Part shown: positions 10,967 to 22,837 of the stretch, piece after piece
How the letters are laid out: every line of letters begins with the position of its first letter
Numbering within the stretch: position 1 is the stretch's first letter
DNA from: Podarcis liolepis
Lineage: Eukaryota
Length of the DNA stretch: 64,000 nucleotides
Reading direction: 5' to 3' (one strand)
Assembly: GCA_965112155.1 (NCBI GenBank)
Contig: OZ218112.1
Made by a program: the position numbers and the translations under genes
Notes under the pieces: generated by a model
Database searches by the model: none
Seen by the model: the letters and a program-made list of their open reading frames with translations, nothing else
Told to the model about the DNA's origin: nothing

Positions 10967-11325
10967 AAGGTAAAGGTACCCCTGACCATTAGGTTCAGTC
11001 GCGGATGACTCTGGGGTTGTGGCGCTCATCTCGCTCTATAGGCCAAGGGAGCTGACATTTGTCCACAGACAGTTTATCCAGGTCATGTGGCCAGCATGAC
11101 TAAGCCGCTTCTGGAGAACCAGAGCGGTGCACGGAAACGTTTACCATCCCGCTGGAGCGGTACCTATTTATCTACTTGCACTTTGATGTGCTTTCGAACT
11201 GCTAGGTTGGCAGGAGCAGGGACCGAACAACGGGAGCTCACCCCGTTGTGGGAATTCGAACCGCCAACCTTCTGATCAGCAAGCCCTAGGCTCAGTGGTT
11301 TAGACCACAGCACCTCCTGTGTCCC
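10967..11325 (-). mobile_element. Sauria SINE, full length
   Basis: aaaggtaaaggt tail, ttcgaacc B box; 13-bp TSD ttattttttctta at 10954-10966 and 11326-11338. Confidence 0.95.
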
Positions 11326-12539
11326 TTATTTTTTCTTATTATCCTGTATATAATACAGTATGCTTTGATGATATGACAAAACAGAAAAGCAAATTAAAAA
11401 TATATCCAAAAGAGAGAGAGAGAGAGAGAGAGAATAGGATGTTGGAGTAGATGGGATGCTGGTCTGATCCATAAGTGCCTATCTTATGATTTTATAGAAT
11501 GAATCACTCTACCCCTGCTTCTCTATGGTTGAAGATCTATTTGCTTAGCATTTGTCGCCAAATGCTTCCCCTACCCCACAAGCACACACACGGCTGCATT
11601 CAGAGTCAAATGAAAGTGCCTGAGTATTGTTGCCATGACTTGGTCCTTTAGATGTTTTCATTGCTTGCCGCCACAAGATGGCATTGTGGATTTAAGGGAA
11701 AATAGCACAAGCAAGCAAGCAAGCAAGGAGGGAAGCAGACAAGGAAAAGCATAAGGAAGGGAAAGGAAAGGTAGAGGTGGTGGAGTTCTTCCCCTTGCAT
11801 TAATGGCATACAAGAGTTGGTTACTTCAAACAACCTATCATACTTCAGTCATCATACATCCTTTTTGAGAACTGGTGGGTGGGAGGGGTGAAAATAGTTG
11901 TGTGAATATCCCAATGCATGTCCCAATGCATGTTCCAGCTGTTTATTATGGTCCTGTCAGTGGCAGCAGCAATGCTCCTGGCTGCCAATTTCCTGTAACC
12001 TACAAAGCTGCAGAATAAATACAAAACTTGCCTCCACCAAGACCTGGCTTCAGTTGTCATTCCATGACATCATTATGAAGCCAAATCAGAGTGAAGGCAA
12101 TTTTTGACCCCACATTCTGGAGCCTTGTGGGTTGCAAAAGAAGAAAAGAAGTCCAGCAACAACTAGCAAGTTTGCTCTGCACTTTGCTTTTGTTAGAGCT
12201 CCCCCTAAAACAACTGACCCCAGCCAATAAAACTTGATCACTGTGTTCACAGGCTGTCAGTAGAGCCTGTCAGTCATGAGAAACTGGGATCCCTGGAGAA
12301 TGCATGCTCCGAGCCAGATTCTCCAGCAGAACCAGCCCCTTTCAAACCTAGAGCCTCACAATCCCTGAAGCCTGCTTGATGAACAGGCATTACCATGAGT
12401 GCCAAATTGTGGGTTCCCAGAGCCATGCATGCCATGCAGCATGTATTGCCAGGCACTGAAACTGGAGCCACTTGGAGCACTTTAGATATGTGGCTCCTGC
12501 TATGTGGGTTTGAAATGTTACAGCACCATTTCCACTATG

Positions 12540-13350
12540 CAGAGACAGGGGAACCTTTTAGGATGGTCTGCCCTTGGAGGTTGATGAATCCGAGTGGTTT
12601 CCAAACAGCTCTGGGGTTTAATCCAGCCGATATAGCTGGTCAAAGCCCTGGACGATCTGTGGAACATCCAATGGTTCAGGCTGCAGACACAATTACCCCT
12701 GAACACCCTTACCCATTTCATAGAGCCCGTATATTTCCAAGCTTGGGGTAAAGAAGCAATCTAGGAGAAAGCTCGAATGCATGTCAGGAAAACTCCAGAT
12801 GAATACAACCGAACCCTGGTAGTGTGTATTTTCAAGCTTACTCAGTGGCAGTGAAGACAGCAAAGAAGGCATACTTTGCTACCACCTCACTATGCCACCC
12901 AGCAGAGCTTTTCCAGGTAGTGTGGGGCCTTTTGCAGAGTGCCCCCCCCAAAAGTAGTGGAACCAATGGTCACTCACTGTGATTTGTTTGCCAAGCATTT
13001 TGAGGATGAAATCACTTGCATTCATTAAGACATTGATTCTGCTGTTATAGCAGGTCATTCTCATGGGGTGCCCAGAGCACTGTCTAGTCCTGTTGTATTG
13101 GATGAGTTTCAGTTGATGCAGCTCAAGGATGTGGACAAGGCACTTGGATTGATTTGGGTTACTACCTGTAATCTGGACCCTTGCCCCTCTTGGCTGATAA
13201 AATCCAGCAGAGAGGAGACAGCTGTCTGGGCCAGAGACATGGCCAATGCATCTTTACAAGAGGGGGTTGGTCTCTGCCTGTTCAAAGGAGGCAGTGACAA
13301 AACCATTCTATAGATTCCGAGAACTTAGGTAACCACAGGTCAGTTGCCAA
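12540..13350 (+). mobile_element. L2 LINE ORF2 fragment (5' part)
   Basis: AADTITPEHP and DEFQLMQLKDVDKAL...TTCNLDPCPSWLIKS motifs typical of squamate L2. Confidence 0.8.
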
Positions 13351-13377
13351 TACACACACACACACACACACACACAA

Positions 13378-14400
13378 ATTCATGATTTTTAATTGAGATT
13401 TTCCCATAATACAGTAAAATTGCAGCTACAAAACAAAGGTGAAAAACGGAAGAATATAATAAAGGGACAATAGAAAAAGAGAGGAAAGAAATAGAAAGAT
13501 AAAATAAAGAAAGGGAAGGAAAGATTAGTAAAAAATACCAAAGAGGAACTTCAAATTTTCCATCTTTACAGAAAAGAAGAAAATATGATTAGTTAAAACT
13601 TTCGGTCCATGGGAACATCCAACTTCACTTTCTGTTAAACAATATTTATTTTAAGTTAAAGTGTCTCAGAATAATTCATTTCCTTTTCCTACATAAAGTC
13701 CAAGGTAGGTTCCCTAATTGTTATTTATTAACCATTTTTCCCCTTTTAATTTTACCTCTATTAATTCCCAACACCATTATGCAATATATAATAATACTAA
13801 ATTCTTCCATCCATGTCCATATTAAAGTCTCCTTAGTATTCCATTTTTTTCTCATTATATAGCTGCTCATTCATGTCCAGTTTCATATATTCAGTTCCAT
13901 GACCTGCTGTATTCCATTTCCTGTTGTGCTTACAATAGTATCCTGATCTCCTCTACGACATTCCATTTTCATTTTTTCCCCAGTCTTTCTCCAGAGGTAA
14001 TACCATAACTTTAATAGCAACATTCTCTGAATTTGCTCCAGATAAAGAAAACGATACTAGTATTCCTATCATCCATTTTAATCTTTCTTGTCCAAGCTTT
14101 CCACCTTGCTCTAGCTACTTTTAACAATTTTTTTCAGCAACAGAAGGTGGTACTCAGATTTTTCCCAGCAGATGGAGGAGGGGTCTCTTCCTTGTCCCAA
14201 ATATGTTTTAAAGGTTTTTTTTTAAAAAAAAAAAAGGAAAAAAGAGGGTGTAATTCTTATTACCTGTTTTCAGGTGACTGCATGGCGTTTAAGTACCATA
14301 TCATTCTCCTTGGCTTGCCAGTTTGTTATAATTCCTGTCCAAACCGTAAAGCATAGACAGCAGAAATATGGCTTTGATCCAAGCATCTTGAGGTATCTCC
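13378..14400 (-). mobile_element. Decayed L1-like 3' fragment inserted into the L2
   Basis: T-rich plus strand; minus strand shows degenerate WYL.. and RILLxAQ motifs; separates collinear L2 parts. Confidence 0.5.
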
Positions 14401-14519
14401 AGAGTGATTAATAGATCCAGACTATCTGTCTGGCTATTATCAGTCACCATGTAATTATCTTCAGTCAGCTGAAGCTACCAGTATGATCTCTGAACTGCCA
14501 TGCATCTCTCCCGGAAGTT

Positions 14520-15135
14520 CCCACCAACTTCCCTTTTTTGAGCAAGGTTCTTGAGGAGGTGGTTGCTGACCTACATCCATTTCAACTGGGGTTTGGGCCT
14601 GGCTTTGGCACATAAACTGGTCCTAGTCACTTTATGTGATGACCTCAGTTGGGAAAGAGACAGGGTAATGTGTCCCTGTTAATTCTCCTTGCCTCCTCAG
14701 TGGTTTTCAGTACCATTGACCACTTTATTCTCTTGGAGAGGCTATCCAAGTTGGGGATGGGCGGCACTGCTTTGCAGTGGTTCAGGTCCTACTCGGATGG
14801 TCATCTGATGGCTGATGGTTGAGGAGGGTTGTTGTTGTGTGTGTGTTTTCCACCATGGGGCTTTCAATGTGGGGTCCCTCAGTGTTCAATTCTATCCCCT
14901 GTGTTGCTTAATATCTGTATGAAGCCACTGAGTAGAGACATCAAGAGTTTTGGAATATGCTGTCAGCAGTACGATGATGACACACAGTTCTCTTTCCCCT
15001 TAATATCTACAGGTGTGACAGTGGATGTGTTGGACTGGTGTCTTGCCTTGGTAATGGACTGGATGAGAGCCAATAAACTGTAGCTCAGTCCAGATAAGAT
15101 AGAGGCATTGTTAGTGGGCGGTTCCCTAAACTGGA
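14520..15135 (+). mobile_element. L2 LINE RT fragment (continuation)
   Basis: GVPQCSILSPVLLNICMKPL...QYDDDTQ...DWMRANKL RT motifs. Confidence 0.85.
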
Positions 15136-15137
15136 TG

Positions 15138-15440
15138 CAGAGGTGTAGTGGGGAGGCATGGGGACTGTGGCCCTGGGTGCAATTTTGTAAGTGGACACAA
15201 ACAGGCGCCCCCACAGCAGGCTCCTTCATTGGAGCCCGGCTCTGTGCAAGAAGGAACTGTGTCTTGGTTGCAGCACTTGTGCTTAGTACAGCTCTACCCC
15301 AGGTCAGGTGGCAGTTTCTCCGCCCCTCTCCTACCCCGAACTGTGGCATGCGCAGGGTGCCCCTGCCCCCCTTGGAGGCGTGACCCTGCCCCTGCCCCTG
15401 CCCCTGCCCCGGGGCAGCATAGGCATATGCTATGCCACTG
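15138..15440. mobile_element. GC-rich non-autonomous DNA transposon
   Basis: cagaggtgtag ... ctatgccactg inverted termini; internal (CCCTGC)n; no clear TSD. Confidence 0.6.
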
Positions 15441-15443
15441 ACA

Positions 15444-15592
15444 TGCACTTTGACATGCTTTTGAACTGCTAGGTTGGCAGAAGCTGGGACTGAGCAACGG
15501 GAGCTCACCCCGTCACGGGGATTTGAACCGCCGACCTTCTGATAGGCAAGTCCTAGACTTTGTGGTTTAACCTACAGTGCCACCTGTGTCCC
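15444..15592 (-). mobile_element. Sauria SINE 5' fragment
   Basis: Matches the head of 10967-11325. Confidence 0.9.
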
Positions 15593-15698
15593 ATATATGT
15601 ATATAGGTTTAATTCTATCAATTGTTCAATTGTTTTGTAATGATTGTTTTTTCTACACTTTTAGCTGTTCTTATTTTTATCTGTAAGCTGCCTTGAGT

Positions 15699-16108
15699 CA
15701 CTGGCAGAGGAAGGCAGGTGTGGGGGGTGCGGTGCGACCAGGTGTCAGCCGTGAGGGCGGGTGACATCGCCGCACCACCCCCACCCCTGCTTGCTGCATG
15801 GGCAGCACACCTGGACACTCGCCACGCAGGCGGTGGGCCACTAGGGATGATACTGCCACAGGCGGCTAGCGGCACTGCCGACGCTCGTCGTGCGGGCGGC
15901 TAGCAGCACTCCTCCCGACACTAGCCGTGCAAGCGGCAGGCGGCTAGGGAAGCTCACCATGCGGGAGGCAAGCGGTGCCCCCCCATGGTCACCACATGGG
16001 AAGCGGGTGGCTAAGGACACTTGCTGTGCTGCCAGCTAGCCCCCCCCCGGGCCGGCTAGCCCCACCCCTGCACCGCTCCGGGTGCCAGGGCAGGTAGCTC
16101 CACCCCTG
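15699..16108. mobile_element. Non-autonomous hAT element inserted in an L2-type 3' tail
   Basis: 8-bp TSD ccttgagt at 15691-15698 and 16109-16116; CpG-rich body. Confidence 0.8.
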
Positions 16109-16184
16109 CCTTGAGTTCCAGTAGGGAAAAAAGTGGTACATAAATAAACATAACTATAAAAAAACAGCAACAATAACACGTATT

Positions 16185-16300
16185 GGTTGTATCCAAGTAA
16201 GTCATATTCAGAGTAGACCCATTGAAAGCAATGGCTCAATTTAGTCATGTCCATTGATTTAAATAGGTCTACCCTGAATATGATATAGTTGGGTAAAACC
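16185..16300. repeat. About 115-bp palindromic MITE (cagagtagacccattgaa...gggtctactctg family)
   Basis: Imperfect inverted repeat; copies at 17673-17791, 18236-18543 (three), 45830-45942, 48100-48215, 53385-53493. Confidence 0.75.
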
Positions 16301-16351
16301 CTTATGTTTATGTGTCCTATTGACTTTGTCTATTGCTTTATTTCTTAAGAT

Positions 16352-16495
16352 CAGTACTTTTTTCATGGGGTACTCAAGTATATGCAGTACTGGCATCCGG
16401 GGTTTTTTTTGGGGGGGGGTGTTAAAAAGTATGACACTTACTGTAACAACTTCATGGTGAGTACCGGCATCTATTTTTCTAGAAAAAAAGCACTG
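16352..16495. mobile_element. MITE with cagt(g/a)cttttttt / aaaaaaagcactg termini
   Basis: Inverted termini; related copy near 44374-44511. Confidence 0.6.
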
Positions 16496-16500
16496 CTTAT

Positions 16501-16562
16501 GATGATGTTGTTGTTGTTTAGTCGTGTCCAACTCTTCGTGACCCCATGGACCAGAGCACGCC
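16501..16562 (-). mobile_element. BovB extreme 3' fragment
   Basis: Near-identical to the BovB 3' end at 27290-27353, with (CAA)n tail. Confidence 0.85.
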
Positions 16563-16789
16563 TTACCTGAAGCCAACTCTGAGTGAAGGCAGTCAGTTGG
16601 AGTCAGTTTTCTAATAGGTCATCAATGTAATTAGTAGAAATAACAACATGCTATTAACAACAACAATAATAATTGTCCTTAATAGGCATGTGAATGATAA
16701 ACAGAAATAAAAACAGTTTAAAAAAATTACAGTTACAGGAGCAGGGTGGGTCTTGAAAACAATTTGGGGGTTGACACAGAGAAGTCTTT

Positions 16790-17050
16790 CTTCTGGGCCA
16801 CCATTCCCTCCTTGAACATCTGAAGCTTGAATTGGGCCTGGATCTGAAGTGACAGCTAATGCAGCTGTTTCAGAACCAAGATTATAAGAGTTTTAAAGGC
16901 AACCCCAACCTGCATTTCGGACCAGTTCAGATTTCCCAGTCTTCTTCATGAGCAGTCTCACATAGAGTGCATTGCAGTAATCCAATTTGGAAGTTACTAG
17001 AGCATGGAGTACCACGGCCAAGTAATGTCTGTCCAAAAGAGGCTATGGCA
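16790..17050 (-). mobile_element. L2 ORF2 C-terminal fragment
   Basis: Minus strand reads ALVTSKLDYCNALYV. Confidence 0.75.
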
Positions 17051-17982
17051 ATAGTACATAAAAACATATGTGAAACAGACTCATATTACACCATATGCAG
17101 GAAACCACTCACAATATAGCCAAGAAAAAACTACAACCCATTAAACAGAAAGAAAATACAAATTTTCTTGTGAAGCTGAATGTAGGAGGAATGCACTGTA
17201 GTAGAGTTGTTGAAAAGATCTCCGGATTATATCTCATTTCATTACTTCATCAAAGTAATATAGAGGGGTGTGATTTCTCGTGATTGACAATTGAAAACAA
17301 CCCTCTGCCTTCTTATGTGTCCTTTCCAAAACACAGATTTTCTTTATCTACCTATCAAACACCCAATTAAATCAAAGAATAGGCTTAATCTGGCAATATA
17401 AATTAAATTGCCACTCTTAATTAATTACTTGATTCTGAATCATCTAAAGTAGCTTAACCAGAAGAATTTCCTCACATGGGGTTTATTGTTCCCCAAAAGG
17501 CTCACTCAGCTCAGTGGGTTTGGATGAGTCTCGGGTCCCTTCCAGCTCTAGAATTCTGTGATTCTATGAGACCATTGATCCTTCTAGCTCAGTACTGTCT
17601 ACACTGACAGGCTAATATTCTGTCTGTTATAGCCATGTTGCCTAAACTTACTCTCACTTGGCTAGGAATCTAGGGTTGTCTCCAACTATATTTTACTCAG
17701 AGCAGATCCATTTAAATTAATGGACCTACCTTAGTCATGTTCATCGATTTCAGTGGGTCTAATCTGGGTAGGATTAGCATTGGATACAGCCTGCAAACTT
17801 GTAATGGTTTCCTAGTTAACCTTTGTCTTTGCTATGCTATTGATATAATGGTTTTAAAGCAGTGACAGAAGATATCACTAATTATTTGTAGTGCTTAAAA
17901 AAAAAAGTTATTCTGAACTATCCATTTCCTTCCAATTCAGAGGTATAAATTACAACTGTAACACAATTCTTGTTTCACTGTA

Positions 17983-18235
17983 CAGTCATCCTTTGGTTGT
18001 TGAACGGAATCAGTTCCGGAAGTCCATTCGACTTCCAAAAATGTTCGGAAACCAAGGCACGGCTTCCGATTGGCTGCAGGGGCTTCCTGCACTCAATCGG
18101 AAGCCTTGGAAGCCACATCGGATGTTTGGGTTCCAAAGAACTGGAACCCAAACTGGAACACTCACTTCTGGTTTTGCGGCATTTGGGAGCCAACATGTTC
18201 GACTTGCAAGGCATTTGGGGTCTAAGGTACGATTG
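17983..18235. mobile_element. Tigger-like MITE
   Basis: ta|cagtcatcct ... aggtacgattg termini; internal inverted repeat cttccgattg/caatcggaag. Confidence 0.7.
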
Positions 18236-19844
18236 GGCTGACATTTAGTTATACTCAGAGAAGACACATTGAAATTATTAACCCAAATTACTCATGTCCA
18301 TTGATGTCAGTGCCTCTACTCTGAATAGGACTAATATTGGCTCCAACCCATCATGTTTTAACTAGACACTCAGAGTATACTCACTGAAACTAAGTTAGTC
18401 CATCATTTTCAATGGTTCTACTTTGAATAGGACTAGCATTGAGTGATACTCACTATTTTTCCATAATTCAGCTAGGTTTTACTCATAGTAGACCCTCTGA
18501 AATTATTGAATGTACTCTGAGCAAAACTTAGTTGAATATGACACTTGGAAATAAATGGCCCTACGCATCGGAAGATGGCTGACAATAACATCTCTCCAAC
18601 CCACACGAGGTAATTTGGAGGCTATGATGGGAGTAATTAGCCTCTCTAACCCCCCCCCCCCCAGGATGGTGGGGGGGACTGCCCTTGCCTGCTGTGCCCT
18701 ATACCACCCCCGAACTTGTGGGGATGGGGGCACTAGGCACAAAGCCCTCCTGTGGGATTCCGGCGCTCCTGGACGCCGTCCCTGATTCGCACCACTAGCT
18801 GCAAGAACTTCAAAAGAAAACAATTTGGATGAAGGAATGCACATATTTTAAGGAAGGAGGGGGAGTAAAGACTGCTATAGAAGAGATCTCTGATAAAACA
18901 AGACAAGAATAAAACATGAGAAGATACGCCAAGACACGGTATGGCAAATGACTGATGGGGGAGGGAAAAAAAACTTTCCTTTCTTTTCTTATGTGATTAA
19001 CAAGAATCCCCTCCCCTCGCGAGACACGAGTCAGAAATGTCGTTTTAAGGACTTAAGCTGTGGATTTAAGACTGTATGGAGATAAACTTTCGAACCAAAG
19101 CATGTTTTAAGAAGAGCGAGGAATGTATAAGAGCTTGGGAATGACGCAGTTAAAAATGCCGTCGCCATATTGGGAAGTTCTGTTGGAGGTCTTGAGTCTG
19201 GGAGGAGAAATAGAGAAATAGAGCTGTTTATATATTGTGGGTGAAACTCCTCAGAGGGACTTAAGAGCGACAGTTTTGCGAGATGGAAAGAGCGATGTTA
19301 TCTATGAAGGCGATGATATATGGAAACCATCTCGATTTGAGGAATGGAAGAATGGAAAATTCACACAGGATTATTATTATTATTGGTGTTTATCGGCTTA
19401 AGGAGACTCTCAGAAGAGATCATAAAGAAAAAAGAGAAAATATATAAACAAGATGTGATGTGGAAACAGCAAGATAAGACTGAATAGAATTATGAACTCT
19501 GTTTGGACTGATTTGGACTGATTTGGACATTAATGCAGTAGCAAGAAGATGATCAGAATCCCCCTTCGGATCTTGAAATATGGGTTCCCCCAACAAAATT
19601 TAAAATTCGGCTTTGTAATTCGGAATTTATGTGATGTGATTTAATTTGATTTGATTGGCCGGTTAATAAAAATGGATCTCCCAAACCGAAATAAATGGAA
19701 ATAATCATTAGTCTATTTCTATGCCATGTTTCCTGAGCATGCCAAATGAACGACAATAAATAATTCAAAAACAAATCAGAAGTCGGAAGTTCAACATGGA
19801 GGAGACCTGCCTAAACTCAACTGGAAGAGAATATTTAAGCACAT

Positions 19845-20986
19845 ATCATAGAATCAAAGAATCAAAGAAGTTGTAGAGCTGGAAAGGAACCGAAGGGTCT
19901 TTTAGTCCATGCAGGAATCTCATTTAAATCTCATGACAGATGGCCATCCAACATCTGCTTAAAAACCTCCAAGGAAGGAGAGTCCACCACCTCCTGAGGG
20001 AGACTGTTCCATAGTTGAGCAACTCTTACTGTCAGAAATTTCTTTCTGGTGTTTAGTCAGAATCTCCTTTCTTCTAACTTGAAGCCATGGGCTCGGGTCC
20101 TATCCTCCAGAACAGAAGAAAACAAGCATGCTCCATCTTCCATGTAACAACCCTTTAGATATTTGAAGATAGCTATCAGTCTCCATTTCCTCTTATCCAG
20201 GCTAAACATACACAATACCTTCAACCATTCCTCATAAGATTTAGTTTCCAGGCCCTTGGTCATTTTGCTTGACCTCCTCTACACACATTCTAGCCTGTCA
20301 ACATCCTTCTCTAATCATGACACTCAGAACTGGACACAGTATTCCAGGTATGTTCCAGGTGTGTTCTGACCAAGGAAGAATAGAGCGGGACTATTACCGG
20401 TACTTCCCTTGATTAGTACACTATACTTCTGTTGATAAAGCCTAGAATATCATTCTCTTTTTTTGCTGCCGCATCACACTCTTGACTCATGATAAACTTG
20501 TATTCTACTAAGACCTCAAGATCCTTTTCAGGTGTCCTCCATCTTATATTGGTGCAGCAGGTTTGTCCTGCCTAAGTTCAGTACCATACCTTTGTCCCTG
20601 CTGGCATTTATTTTGTTAGTTTTGCCCAGTTCTCCAATCTGTTATGGTGATTTTGAATTCTGATTCTGTCTTCTGTGGCATTAGCTACCTCTCCCAGTTT
20701 GGTGCCATCTGCAAATTTGACGAGCATCCCCTCAATTCCTTCATCCAAGTCATTTATGGAGATGTTGACCAGGACAGAATTCTGTGGCACCTCACTTGTC
20801 AGTTTTTTCCAGGATGATGAGGAACCATTAGTGAGCACTCTTTGGGTTTGGTCAGCCAACCAGCTACAAATCCACCTGTTATCTCATCCGATCCACATTT
20901 AACCAGCTTCCTCATGAGAATACCATGGGGGACTTTGTCAAAAGCCTTACTGAAATTAACATACACTACACCCAAAGCATTCCCCT
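19845..20986 (-). mobile_element. CR1 LINE 3' part (RT and tail)
   Basis: VVYVNFSKAFDKVPH, INDLDEGIEGMLVKFADGTKLG, IAIFKYLKG motifs; attctatgat-type tail. Confidence 0.92.
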
Positions 20987-22683
20987 GATATGGAGTGCTA
21001 GACTTGATAGCACATATGGTGTCATGGGGGGGGGAGGCACCAGAGGCACCAGATATGGGGACACAAGGGGCATCAGCCCCCTCAATATTTTGAAGCAGGA
21101 GGCCCAGCACCCCCAAAATTGAGGGAGCTGACATCCCCCACAGCCGGTAGCCCTCAACATGCCCCCCACCTCTGCTGGGGAGCCCAGGAGCTGGGAGGGA
21201 GCTGGGACGCGTGAGGTTGAAGATCCCGCCCCCACTTGGTGCATCCCCACACAATGTCCCATTCCCTACCTCATATGCAAGCACTGGCATCATGGCGGCA
21301 GGGGCACGATGCCCATGCAGCCTGGCCCAGCCTGGTGTGCAAGTACTCGTGCACTGGGCAGGGCACAATACATCACATGATGTGTCACATGACATGCTCC
21401 CCAGATGTGGGGGCTAGTCGGCACCCCTGAAAGGCACACAAACCACCCACAGGCAATGGAATCCCTTCTTCTTATCCGTAGCCAGAAGCACATTTCTTCG
21501 TGCGTATGCCGGGAGCTTTTTCTCAGTTCCCACTTCCAGCTGTGAATGTCAGCCTCCCCCCACCCCTTCTGCCAGCCGCTTACAGTACATCTGCAACCCT
21601 GTGAAAGGATGGGATGTGTGCTTTTAATTGAAAAAAGGCGTCAGGCTCTGGGGACACAGCAAAGTCATTGGGAGCATGCGAACAGCAATTTATATTGTCA
21701 GTTCAAGTTACAGTCACCCTGGCATGCAAAATCTGCAGATGTCAGTTACTCTATATGTGACTTTGACACGCCACAATGAAGTGAGGGGTGGGGGTGTCAC
21801 CATCATCCCTTTTCCAGAGCTTTACAATGAGGTCTTAATAAATGGTGCATGTGATATGATGGGTGGAGCTTAGATACATGCAAGCATGTTTGCTTGCGCA
21901 TGGATACAGAAAAGGTGGTGTCGGGTAAAGCTTTGTGCACACATTGCAATGCATTGGCAGCAGCGCTCCACTTTTCTCACCAGATGCCCTCAAATAGCTT
22001 TTTGCTGTTTTTGTTATGCAGCCTTTCGAGAGAGAAAATTAACTGTCCATTTCTTGTTCACCACATAAGGAGGAAACTTCCTTGTCTCCTTTCCAAAGCA
22101 GTGTGAAACTCTGGGCAAATATAGGCAAAGGTGTCTCAGGTGATGTTCAGCAATCATTTTATACTGTGGCCTAGTAAGTAAAACCTGTTTATTTTCCAAG
22201 TCAACCTGTCTCTGGGCTATACCACTTCAGACTGCATGCATGCAAGTTTAGGTGGAGGCCCACATGGTGGAGTGCTCCTCTGTACTTAAAATACCAGCAT
22301 GTCAGGGAGAGGCCTAGGCTAGATGTAAGTTTTCTACATGCATGGTATCATTTTCATTTTCTATGGAGGAGCATCCTATCCTATGAGCTCCTACCTTGAG
22401 TCCCAAATCATGCAGCTCGGACAGAAGTGGACAACTTCATTGAGACAGAAGCACCTCCAGTCAATCTGAACCCAAATTTGCAAGATCAGACTAATGTAAT
22501 GCTACAGCGCAGCTATAGTTCTGTCCATCTATACTACCAGTACACAGACACACACGCACACATATCCCACCTTTCCCTGCAAGAGCTCCAGGAGGTGTAT
22601 GTGGCTTTCCCCAGTCCTTATTTTGTTCTCACAACAATCCTGTTCAATAGTAGGCAGCGCTGAGAACCCATGGCAGATCCAAG

Positions 22684-22837
22684 CATGGGCATAGTGAGGA
22701 TTTTTGTTAGGGGGACAGGCCTTGGGGGGGGGCAGGCCTTCTCTGGGGGGGCAAACCTCAGTTTACAATGTATTTTTATTGATTTTTATTGATTTTAGGG
22801 GGGGCAGCTGCCCCCTGCCCCCCCGGCTATGCCCATG
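22684..22837. mobile_element. hAT MITE inserted in a SINE
   Basis: TIR catgggcatag/ctatgcccatg; 8-bp TSD gatccaag at 22676-22683 and 22838-22845. Confidence 0.88.

Larger units (their letters stand above)
9513..11405 (+). mobile_element. L1 3' end (ORF2 C-terminus 9526-9963 plus 3' UTR), interrupted by a solo LTR and a Sauria SINE
   Basis: CWKCKETSSTFYHSWWSC zinc knuckle, PEAFLLG and YAATATRILVAQKW motifs; A-rich 3' UTR. Confidence 0.85.

Noticed and set aside
15699-16108. CpG-rich segments as candidate CpG islands (also 32267-32606, about 21010-21430)
   Set aside because: The first two are bounded by TIRs and 8-bp TSDs and the third looks like a similar MITE; young transposons rather than promoters
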